From positions 78,313 through 142,312 of the forward strand of contig CDMY01000266.1 in NCBI GenBank assembly GCA_001179505.1: a stretch of 64,000 nt of DNA. The letters run 5' to 3'. The position numbers and the translations under genes were made by a program. Below, in pieces: positions 50,676 to 61,600 of the stretch; within the stretch, counting starts at the first letter, position 1, and every line of letters starts with the position of its first letter. The notes beneath the pieces were generated by a model that made no database searches, was not told where the DNA came from, and saw nothing but the letters and a program-made list of their open reading frames with translations. Origin of the DNA: Vitrella brassicaformis CCMP3155 (taxonomy: Eukaryota; Protista; Chromerida).

Positions 50676-53076
50676 ATGGACGGATCCATACACCACGACT
50701 CCATCGACCGTCCCGCGAGGCCGGTGCGCCGCTCGGTCCGATGCCTGTGCCACCTGGGAAAGATTTTAAAGAGCGCCGATGTGACCAAGCGTTCCAATGC
50801 AGCACGTCAGATCCGGGAGCTGCTGTCCATCGAGCTGCCGTCCGTCACCCAGGCCGTCGTCGACGCCGGAATGGTGCCCCCATTAGTCGAGCTGCTGAAG
50901 GAGCATACGCGGCCGCGCATACAGCACGAGGCGGTATGGAGCCTGACTAACATAGCAAGCGGCACGTCCGAGCAGACCGCGGCCGTTGTGGATGCAGGAG
51001 CCGTCCCCGCCCTCGTCCATTTAGTTTCGTCGCCCGACGACCAAGTCGCCGACCAGGCCACGTGGGCGCTGGGCAACATGCAGGAGAGTCTGCCGCCTTT
51101 CGCGATATGGTTCTCGAGGCGGGGGGTCTGCTGCCGCTGCTGCAGCTGCTTGATGAGAGCCAGGAGAAGATGTTCATCCTCGACAACGGCACCTTCCTGT
51201 TGGAGCACCTGTGCGGCACTAGGCCTCTCCCGGAGTTCGACAAGGTGTCGGCCGCTCTTCCCACCCTCGCCAACCTCATCAAGGACCACGACAGCGAAAG
51301 GGTGTTGACTAGCGCGTGCTATGCGCTGTCGTGCCTCAGCGAGGGAGGCCATGAGAGCGTGGAGGCCCTCATCCACGCGGACGGGCTGTGCAGCCGGCTG
51401 GTGGATTTGTTGCAGCACGATAGCGATGATGTGGTCACCAAGGCCCTCGAGGCAATCGGCAACATAGCAGGGGGTGAGGGGGAGGAGGAATAGGGTGGCA
51501 CGACGACGGACTATATGTGCGTGATTTTTTCAGGGGATGATCGTCGAACGGATGCCATGCTTGGGTGCGGTGTGCTGGCGAGCCTTCCTCTGGTCTTGTC
51601 GCCCAAGAAGGGCATCCTCAAGGAGGCGTGCTTCACCGTGTCCAATATCGCTGCAGGTAAATCGTGTGCACAGAACCCTTCCCTCCACTCATTCATTCAC
51701 TGTCGTGCTATTCTTCTCTCTCGTTAGGTACGGTCCCCCAGATGCAAGGGCTGATCGACGCCGGCCTGATCCCCCCAATGGTCGCCGTGCTGGCCAGCGA
51801 TGATGAGATGAGGATCAAAGAGCATGCCGCCCGGGCCATAGCTAACTTCCTTGCGGGAGGCACACCCGACCAGGTAGTGAACCAGACAGAGGGATGGAAC
51901 GCGGAATGAGCGGGAGGGAAATGGATGGCACAGATGCCTATGAAAGCGATGGATGTGTCGTGTGTGCAGGTGCAGCATGTAGTGCAGTGTGGGTGTGTGA
52001 ACCCGTTCTGTGGGCTGCTGGACGTAATGGACGACGACGTTATGTCCGTCGCGCGAGAGGCTCTGCAGAGCATCCTACAGTACGGAACACAGGTGCATGC
52101 CCGGTGATCCATGCGCACCTTCCTTGTCTGCTCGTTCCTTCAGGGACTACCAGACCCTGTGCTCGACTGTCAGCGCCAAGACCAGGTGACACAGGCGCAT
52201 ACGATAGACCCATAGGCAGCCATTCTTTTCTGTCGTCCTGTCTCTGTCGCTTCTTACATATCAGGCTGACGCGTACCGCACTGCTGGAGATGAAGACATC
52301 GGCAGAGGTGCAAGACTTCATGATGCGCATCAAGCAGGAGAGCGAGCGCCTCGACAAGCTTTATGATGCTGCTGTAGACACAGCCAGGGGATGAGCAAAG
52401 CTAGACAAGCGAGCCAAACCACCTCTCTGCCGCACCCGTCGTGTGCGTCGGTCTGTCTGTCTGTCAGATGCCCTCCTTCATCCTCTCCCTCGATTGCCGG
52501 CTCGTCGTTCCCCGATCAGGACCAGCAGCTCCAGGCGGCCGCCAGCAAACTCTTGAACGAGATAAAAGAGTCAGCAATGCCGAACAACCACACGATTTGG
52601 CGCCTATGGTAGTGTGTGCGTGCGCGTGTGTGTGTGTGTGTGTGTGTAGGATGGAGCAACACATATCGCAGCTGAACCCGCCCCTCGCTGACGCAGCCCA
52701 GGCCTTCATAGCCATGCGCGTGGAGCTCGACCAACTCAGACAGCAAGGCCCACACCGAGGGCCAAATGTGGACCGTTTGTTGGCGCTGCAGGGCAACGCC
52801 AGCGGCATCGAGGCCTTCAAGCTCGAGATCCGCGCCACCCAGCAGCGACTGAGCCAGCTGCTGGGCGAGGCAGAGCAGCGCCAGGGCACCTGCGTCATCT
52901 GCTTGGAGCGGCTGCCGACAGTCGTCTTCTTCCCGTGCCTGCAGAGGTGCATCTGTGACCCGTGCTGGGCCGACATGCAGCGACAGCAGACCCCAGCGGA
53001 GCCCCTCAAGTGCCCGGCGTGCAGAGGGGTCTCGATCCACGCCAGCAACGTGGACCACATCAAGACAACCTCATGA
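50676..53076 (+). CDS. Importin-alpha-like armadillo repeat protein fused to coiled coil plus RING finger; carries a 1-nt frameshift
   Basis: IQHEAVWSLTNIASGTSEQTAAVVDAGAVP…QATWALGN, ACYALSCLSEG, ALEAIGNIAG, KEACFTVSNIAAG (importin-alpha ARMs). Last exon CVICLERLPTVVFFPCLQRCICDPC…CPACR. Frame breaks at about 51079. Start codon uncertain. Confidence 0.75.
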
Positions 53077-54282
53077 GTGACCGACCGTCTGCTTAGCATT
53101 TCATGGCATCCATGGCTGAGATGGGTCGCACACGCACTCTGCAGATAGATGCACATGTGACGAAGGAGACAGTGGTGGTGTTTGGGATGGGTGGAGGGAG
53201 GGTGGGAGGGAGGGAGAATGCGACGGACGGACGGACGGACAAGGCGTGCTGAGGTTTTTTAGAGGGAAACCAGGCCTGTTTATCGTGCTTGCTGTGTCTA
53301 TATGTGCAGGATGAGACGGAGGCCGAAACGACTGGTCACTATCACGGTTCAGCAAACGCATGGATGGACGATGGATGGGTGTGTCTGTAGGCAAATCGAG
53401 CAGAGCATGCCTTTCGGAAACACACTGTAACCTAGCTGTACACGATGGACGCAGTGCTTGAGGTGGCACACACACACACACACACACCCCTAGCTGTTAG
53501 CACAAGGCACAGCAACGCCTGCCTACTGAGTACGGCCGAGATGTCTCATCGTCATCAAATAAATCTGACAAAAAATGAGATGAGAAATCCACCTGGATGG
53601 ATGGCAGACAGAAATCCTCCTAACGCGGCCATACACGCACACACACACCTCCATCGGCAGGCAGGCAGGCAGGCAGGCAGGCAGCAGAGCAGACACAACA
53701 CCCAAACACGCATGACTAGAGTGCCTTCCGACCTACCATCATGCAGTAGCTGTGTAGCTAGCTGTTCTTTGCTCAGCGACAAAAATATGCTCAACATATC
53801 AGTAGCAGACAGCCACGTCGTAGATGGATGGTACGATGGCAGCAATAGCGCACAGACACCGATAAAAGACATGCAGGACAGAGACACATCATGTGCTAGG
53901 GCACGGCACGCACGACGTCGACACATCTTAGAGAGAGAGATAGAGAGATCGCCAGAGGAATTACATCATCATTATCATCATCATCACTACGAGCGTTATA
54001 CACACACACACACACCCAAGAATACGCACACACCTGGTTGGTCGGTGGTCAGGTCTGCCTGAAGACCAAAACGACACACAGACAGACAGACAGACAGACG
54101 AGCGCACACTCTCGCGTTGCCGTGTCTCCTTCGCCTCGGTCACTGCTAATTCAATGACTATATGGTCTTCTCCCCACGACCATCGATCGAGTGATAGCCA
54201 GCCGGTCTCCCACCGGCCAGCACAGACAGACAGACAGACAAGCTGGCCGTTCGAGCAGCGATTTTGCCAGACAGTCAGTCGG

Positions 54283-55783
54283 TCAGTCGGGGTGTTCGGC
54301 ATCCCCGCCCTCCTGCTGCCTCATCATGGCGGCGTATCGGCCCGCCATCATGTAGTCCGCCTGCACATTCATCCGAGACATCTGACACACACACACACAC
54401 ACACCATCCGAGAGCCCCATGTGCAGGTCAGGTACGTACGGCCAGAGCCGCACACAGGCGTACGTACGTACGTACCTGTGGGAATACGGATGCATCACAT
54501 ATATTGAGGCCGTCGATGCCCTTGACCCTGAATTGGCTGTCGACCACCGTGCCCATTGGCGCTGACCTGCATCCAACCATCCATCCATCCATCCATCCTC
54601 CATAGACACATTCACGCCTCTGTGTGTGTGTCTGTGTGCGTGTGGCTTGTCTGCTCTGAGTGGCCGACTCACTCACTGACCCTGTCCAGTGCCATATGGA
54701 GGTCCCATGGGCCTTCGCGAACGTCGCCAAGGCCTTGTCGTCAAACAAGTCTGCACGCACACAGGCGGACAGACAGACAGGCACAGAGACCCACACCAAG
54801 AGTGCTGCACAGCACTCACATTCCGCCAGTGCACTCAGTGCCCCATACGTACCGACTGGCAGCGGAGGAAAGATGGCAAACTGCTTGGCGTGCTCCATCT
54901 GCGCCTTGTCCTTCGGCTGTGCGTCGCCATTGCACCATGGGCCGGCCAACGGAATATGATGCTGACACGCCAGATCACGCACACGAGCCGGAAGTGGCGG
55001 CAGCTCGCTCGCCAGCTGGGCCTTCTCCCGTAGCCACTGGAACACAGGCGACCCCTCTCCCTGCCACTCAGCTTCGGCTGCGCTGCTGCTCGTACTGCTG
55101 CTGCTGCTGCTGCTGTTGAGCACCTTGTCGCGTGTGGATTGGACGAACTGATAGAAGGGCTCCTGTGGGCTCTGTGGCGTTAAGGCATAGGTGGAGGGAA
55201 GCGGCAGCCGCCTGGCCGCGATGAGAAAGAGGTCCAGCAGGCCGTTGAGCACCTGTGCTGGGCACGACAAGGGCGATCTCTTTTGCATCATGTCGTCGAA
55301 CATGCCGCTGCCGACGATGCGCAGGGAGCGCTTCAGTGCTTCGACGGCCGTGTAGAGGTCGTGGCCACCGTGGTCGGTGTAGTAGCCGCCTGACACTATC
55401 GGGCCGCCTGCAGGCAGACAGACAGTACAGAGAGGGACGGGGTCACACTCTGTCTGCCTGTGGGATGGAAGGAGATGCGCACCGTCTTCGTTGACAGTGA
55501 CTTCACCGCGAGATTGGACGACTGGCACGAAAGCGAAGAAGCCCGCTCCCTTCCTGCGCCACCACACACATACTGGCTTGATCGATCGCTCTGAGGGTGC
55601 GTGTGTGTGTGTGTGTGTGTGGTCGGCATGGGTGCCCACTTGATGCACTCGATTAGAGGGGATAATGGTGCGCACAGGAGGCTGGAATCATTGTTGCACG
55701 AAATCATGACCTCGACCAGGAAATCCACCTCCCTGTATAGCAGAAACACAGCGAGAATGTTATGTGTCGGGAAGGGCTCTCTC

Positions 55784-55814
<31 letters not shown>

Positions 55815-58186
55815 GCCGTACGGGAGGCTCCTGAATTCTGGGGGGAAGAACAGCCTGGTTGACCACAATAAGCCCCACAGGCTGTCGGCGCCTTTGACCT
55901 TTGGACACAGTGGGAAGACATGGATGGATGGATGGATGGCATGCACACAAATGGATGTGTCTCACCTCTTCCTGGTTGATGTAGGTGCAGGAATCCTTGC
56001 TCACAGCACTCAGGCTGCACACACACACAGACAGACAGACAGAGCCACAATGCGTCGCATCGACCCCTCTCTCGCTCACTCGAGCATTTCGCCTTGGTCG
56101 GCTTGGCAGTTGTCCCCCACCCTTTGGAGGCCGGAATACGACGCGTATGTGGCGGGCAGCCCAGGCTCAGGCAAGTCCTTGTCAAAGAAGACGACTAACG
56201 GGACAAAGTTTCGATCGTGGATGTTCTTGCCGAGCTCCTCGATGTACTTGACCGCCTTCCCTCCATTCTTGGCCACGACCTTGTCCACAACGGCCTTCGG
56301 CCCAACGCCCGACTTCATCAGCAGCACCGGAGTGTAGATGCTCCCTGCCGATAGCCAGATCTCGCCGCCAGGGTTCACACACAGCTTCTTGAACGAGTTC
56401 ATCACCCTCTCTGTATCTCGCGGCTCCCTCTCCGTGCCTCGCTCGTTGGCGATGGAGTCCACCGGCATGAGCTCGTCAGGCGAGTCGCCGAAGACGACGC
56501 AGGCCGCCTTGGGGACGCCATCGGCAGTCTCCTCGAACTCGATCTTGAGCACGGTTTGCCGGTACCTCACTGTCAGCGCCCCGCCATTGGCACTGAGGTC
56601 GCCCTTCAGCAGCACGTCACTCGCGCGGCGCTCCCTGTCTGGCGACAGCTTGTCTCCGTCGTATTTGAATAGGGAGAACGGGTTGATGCTGCCCATCTCA
56701 GCCTTCCGCTGCGTGCCCAGGTCGGGTGCGAAGCCGACCATGGTGAGGGCTTGTCTGAAGGCGTCGCTGTACATCGCGTCCTGGCCCATTGGGTCGTTGG
56801 TGCGCTCCTTGACCCAGTTGAAGGCCTGGTAGCGACACACACACACATATAGAGAGTGACAGAGATGTCTTGGCGCGTCGCTGACCTTGTTGATGAGCTC
56901 CTCGTCGAAATGGACCCCGTACTCCCTCTCTAGAAAGCGGAAATACTCATCCCTTTCTTCGATTTGGATGCCGGCACTGACGGCGAATCGACCACACCCA
57001 CACACACCCACACACACACACTTGCAGGTGCGCAAATGTGCTCACGCGTCATGAGTGTGACGACCTGAGAGCGGTCCCGCCCGAGAGGACATTGGCAACA
57101 TGTGTGCGAATCTTCTCCTTCGTCTTGACGACCTGGCGTCATGTCCAGCAGACATGTCCAGCACGTGAGGCAACGACCATCCAGGTCTCACTCACCCTCA
57201 CCCGTGCCTCCCTCGATATATCAACCGACCTACCTGGGACATATGTGGGTTGTACAGCCCCAACCCGAAACCCTCGATTGTTTGGCCCTCAAAGTTCTTC
57301 GGCTTGCTCCTCAGGTCGCCGCGCTCGTAAAGGCACACCTTGTGGCCGTTCTCGGCCAGCGAGAAGGCCAGGCCCGTCCCTGACGCGCCCCCGCCGATGA
57401 CAATGTGGTCGAACTTCTCCTCGACGAGCGTGGGGAACTCCAAGGCAAAGTAGGCCAGTAGGATCTTCGTCGCGCCCAGCACCAAGTAGCTCTCCCCTGC
57501 AGACACAGATCCAGCCGAGCACGTTGGTCGCATTGGTGTCTGAGTTTCTGCTGTCTGATTCTGACCGAGCCACAGCTGCGTGATGGGGTTGATCATCCTG
57601 ATCTCGTCAATGACCTTGCTGATGACAGGGAGGCCGCTGATCGAGTAGTCCAGCACCACAGAGGGCTTCCCATCGCCTCTGAGGGCTGTCACCGTCTCGT
57701 TGGTGTTGTACACTTCTGCCTGGATCGCCGTACCGACCAACAACAGGATGCTCTCGAGCGTCGTCCGCTTCGTCTCAGGGTCCGAGTAGAAGACCTTGCC
57801 GCCCCACACGATTCGAGCGACCTGGGTGGGGATTGGGCAGGCCGGTCCGCAGACGACCAGCGTGGGCAGGCCGGCTCCCTTGAGCAGCTCCCCTGGTTGC
57901 TCTGTCGACGGGATGCCTGCACAGGAAAGCCAGCGAGTCAGTCTCTGTCGACAATGAAAGCGGAGCGTTCCCTGCATCAAATCCATCACTTCTTACGGAT
58001 TGAGCCGCCCGCAGCTCCACTGGCAAATAGCTCCTCCAGTTGTGGACGTGAAGCATCCCTGAGGTCTTCGAGGTGAGCTGGCGGGCGGTTCACGACCTCG
58101 GGAGTCCCGATCTGGCCGAAACAAGTCGCCAGGCAGCTGGCGACCAGGATGACACTGAGCACCCCAGCCGATGGCGATGTTGCCAT
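54283..58186 (-). CDS. Secreted GMC oxidoreductase (HOTHEAD/mandelonitrile-lyase-like) with extra N-terminal domain
   Basis: Signal peptide MATSPSAGVLSVILVASCLATCFG; FDHIVIGGGASG (FAD); LSAGSIYTPVLLMKSGVGP; GKNIHD; TSIWHWTG; VVDSQFRVKGIDGLNICDASVFP; NVQADYMMAGRY. Confidence 0.92.
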
Positions 58187-58638
58187 TACTCAGCCTCTGA
58201 GTGGACCCTTGGCACGCAGAGAGGCGGTTCGGTTCTCGTGAGGGAAGCTGAAGATCTGACAGGTGGGCCGCGGCCCTCTGCGTCAATCTGTCAGGCGACA
58301 AGATATCGGTGGGCGAGAACCTCGGCGGGCAGCATTGGTGCGATGGGCGCGGTCCCACGCAGCCTGCATGTCAGAACACCTTTCTCACGTCGTACGCAAC
58401 GGCTGTGCCTTAGGAAATAATGTGAAACGGAGACAAAAGCTCGCCAAAGGGCTTCCCCTCGCAAGCAGGGCAGATGAGAAGCCCTGTGAGCGTGTGGTGA
58501 GCTTGCTAGGTCGGCACCTCCCGGGATCTGCCTTCCCTGTGTCAACCAGGACCATTGATCTTTCGTCTGGCAGGCCGCCACAGATATCTCCTCCCCTGAC
58601 TCATCTACAGGCCCTCCCTGCCCTCCCTGCCGTCCGCC

Positions 58639-61600
58639 ATGCCGTTCCTGTACTCGCTGACGATCCAGCGGGCGACGGCCGTGACGCATGCCATCTTCGG
58701 CAACTTCTCGGCGCCCAAGGCACAGGAGATCGTGGTGTCACGCGGCAAGGTGCTGGAACTACTGAGGCCGGATGACGCTGGCAAGGTGCAGGTCGTCTTC
58801 TCGACTGAAGTGTTCGGTGAGTGAGGCAGTGGATGACACAGGCAGGGAGGGGAGAGAGCGAGGTCAGGTCAGCATCGCATCGTTGTGTGTGTGTGTGTGT
58901 GTGTCAGGTCTGATTCGGTGTCTGTCAACGTTCCGCATCGTGGGTGCGAGTCGTGACTACATCGTGGTGGGGAGTGACAGCGGCCGCATTGTCATCCTCG
59001 AGTTCAATACCCAGAAGAACTGCTTCGAGAAGGTGCACCAGGAGACCTACGGCAAATCAGGCATCAGGAGAATCGTACCAGGTGCGGGCGGTGCCTCCCT
59101 GCCATCCATCCGTCCACCGACCCACCCACCATACCAAATCAATGCACCTTTCCCTCTCTCTCTCTGTCTCTGTGCGTGTGCGTCAGGTCAGTACCTCGGC
59201 ATCGACCCAAAGGGCCGCGCCATCGCTCTTGCTGCGATCGAGAAGCAGAAGTTCGTCTATGTGGTCAACCGTGACCAGTCAGCGCGTCTGACGATCTCGT
59301 CGCCTCTGGAGGCGCACAAGAACAACACCATCTGCCACGGCCTCTGTGGGGTGGACGTCGGCTTCGAGAACCCACAGTTCGCCGCACTCGAGGTCGCCTA
59401 TGACGACTCCGACAGGCGCGTCGACGCGAGTGAGTCAAAAAAGCGGATGGTGTGGTGGCTGGACACGAAAAGATGTGTGTGTGGGTGTTTGGTGTGTGCA
59501 GAGTACAAGAAGACGTTGACGACATACGAGATGGATTTGGGTCTCAATCACGTGACGCGCAAACACGCTGACCCCGTCGACTACACCGCACACCATCTCA
59601 TCGCAGGTGAGTCAGTGGGGGGGTCGGTGGGTCAGCCAGATAGACACACACACAAACACACGCCAAATGCACTGCGACTGCGATTGTCCGTCCATGTGCA
59701 GTGCCTGGGGGCCATGATGGCCCCAGCGGCGTGCTCGTGTGCTGCGAGAACTACCTCGTCTACAAGAAACCGAGTGAGCGAATGGGGGACGGAGGCAGGG
59801 GCAGGGAGGGGGAGCAACATACGTAGCTGTTATCCATCCGCTGTCCACTGTGGATGATCGAATCGATCAGACCACGAGGACATCAAGTGTGCCATTCCCA
59901 GGCGACTGGAGGCGGCGCAGTCAGCTCAAGGTGCGTGTGTGGGGCGGGGGGGGTCAGCCAGCAGACGTAGGATGTGCTTTAGAGCCTTTGTGTTGTGTGT
60001 GCTATCTGTCGTGTCTGTAAGGCATCATGGTGGTGTGCCACGCGACCCACAAGATCAAGGACCAGTTCTTCTTCTTCATCCAGTCCGAATTCGGAGACCT
60101 CTACAAGGCACACACACACACACACACACACACATACGCACACACACGCATTTATCTCTCTCTCCCTTTGTGTGTGTGTCAGGTGACGTTGAGCCACGAC
60201 GAGGACGTCGTGAGTGAGATGCAGATCAAGTACTTCGACTCCATCCCTGTCGCCAACGCACTCTGTGTCCTCAAAACGGGCTTCCTCTTCGTGGCCAGCG
60301 AATTCGGCAACCAGTAGGGACAGGACCTCACACCACCGACACGCACACACGCCGTATGTGTGTGTGTGTGCTTCATTCAGTGCGTTGTATCAGTTTGTGG
60401 GTATCGGCATGGACCCCAACGACCCCCTGGCGACCTCCTCCCACCCCGACCAGCACGAGGCCGTCGTGGTCTTCAAGCCGCGGGCGTTCGTCAATCTCCT
60501 CCTCTACGACGAGATGCAGTCGCTCGCACCGATCATCGACATGAAGGTCCGTCCGTTAGCCACTGAGCGACGCGACACACTCTCAGGTGTGTGTGCGCGC
60601 GTGTGTGTGTGATAAGGTGGTTGACGCGATAGGCGAGGGCACGCCCCAGCTCTATGTGCTGTGTGGGCGGGGCCCGCGGTCGACTTTGCGGCGGCTGCGG
60701 TACGGCCTAACGATAGAGCAGATGGCGTACAACGAGCTGCCCGGCAAACCGCACAACGTCTGGACACTCAAGGAAAACATGGTGGGTACCACAGACAGAC
60801 AGACGGACGGACAGACGGACAGACAAAGGCCGGCCCCTGCACACAGCCGTTCCACTGTCGCTTGTCTGTCGGTCATTCGGTCATTTCCAGGAGGATGAGA
60901 CGGATCGGTTCATTGTGGTGTCGTTTTCCAACGAGACGTTGGTGCTGCGCATCAGCGACACCATCGAGGAAGACACAAACACCCTCCTCGACTACAAGAG
61001 CCAAACGCTGCATATCGGTCTCATGAAGGGCAACACACAGATCCAGGTACGTGGCTACCCCTCCCCCCCCCCTCCCCCACACACACATGTCCCTCCCCTC
61101 TCCCTTATTCATGTGTGTGTGTGCAGATCACCCCACAGCGCGTCGTCTACATCCGAGGTCTCATTCGGCAGGAGTTCGCCGCCCCCGCCACGTCGTCCTT
61201 CACGATGGGGGCCTCCAACGAGAGCCAGTGTGTCGTGGCGACGGCCAACAACAAGATCCAGGTGCTGGAGCTGACGGGCACTGGGGGCCAGGGGGCCATG
61301 CAGGAGAAGCGCTCGGTGGAGGTGGGGCAGAAGATCACCTGCATCGCTATTGCCCCGGTGCCGGAGGGACGCGTCAAGGCGTCCTTCATGGTAAAGAGGG
61401 AGGGAGGGACGGAGGGAGGGAGGGGTGCATTGTGTGTGAGTGTGAGTGTGGTGTGGTTGCAGGCTGTCGGTCTTGACGACCGCACAGTGCGCATCTTCTC
61501 GCTGGAGGAGGACCGGTTCCTCAAGCAGATCTCCGCACAGGCACTCGGCGCCCCATCCATACCGGAATCAGTCGCCTTCCTGCACTTCCAATCACAGGTA

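Noticed and set aside
50547-50753. N-terminal extension MAQASDRAAH… of the giant receptor
   Set aside because: GC-rich and overlaps the ARM gene start. The ATG at 50546 directly precedes a signal-like hydrophobic segment and is the better start.
51480-51533. Premature stop GEGEEE* in the ARM gene
   Set aside because: Lies inside a GT-AG intron; splicing restores GNIAGGDDRRTDAM.
50676-52100. Calling this gene canonical importin alpha (KPNA)
   Set aside because: No IBB domain recognised, repeats are divergent, and there is a RING extension; likely a derived paralogue.
53100-54280. Short ORFs between the RING and GMC genes
   Set aside because: Composed of microsatellite translations (HTHT, RQAG, CLPA) with no coherent exons; treated as convergent 3'UTR/intergenic DNA.
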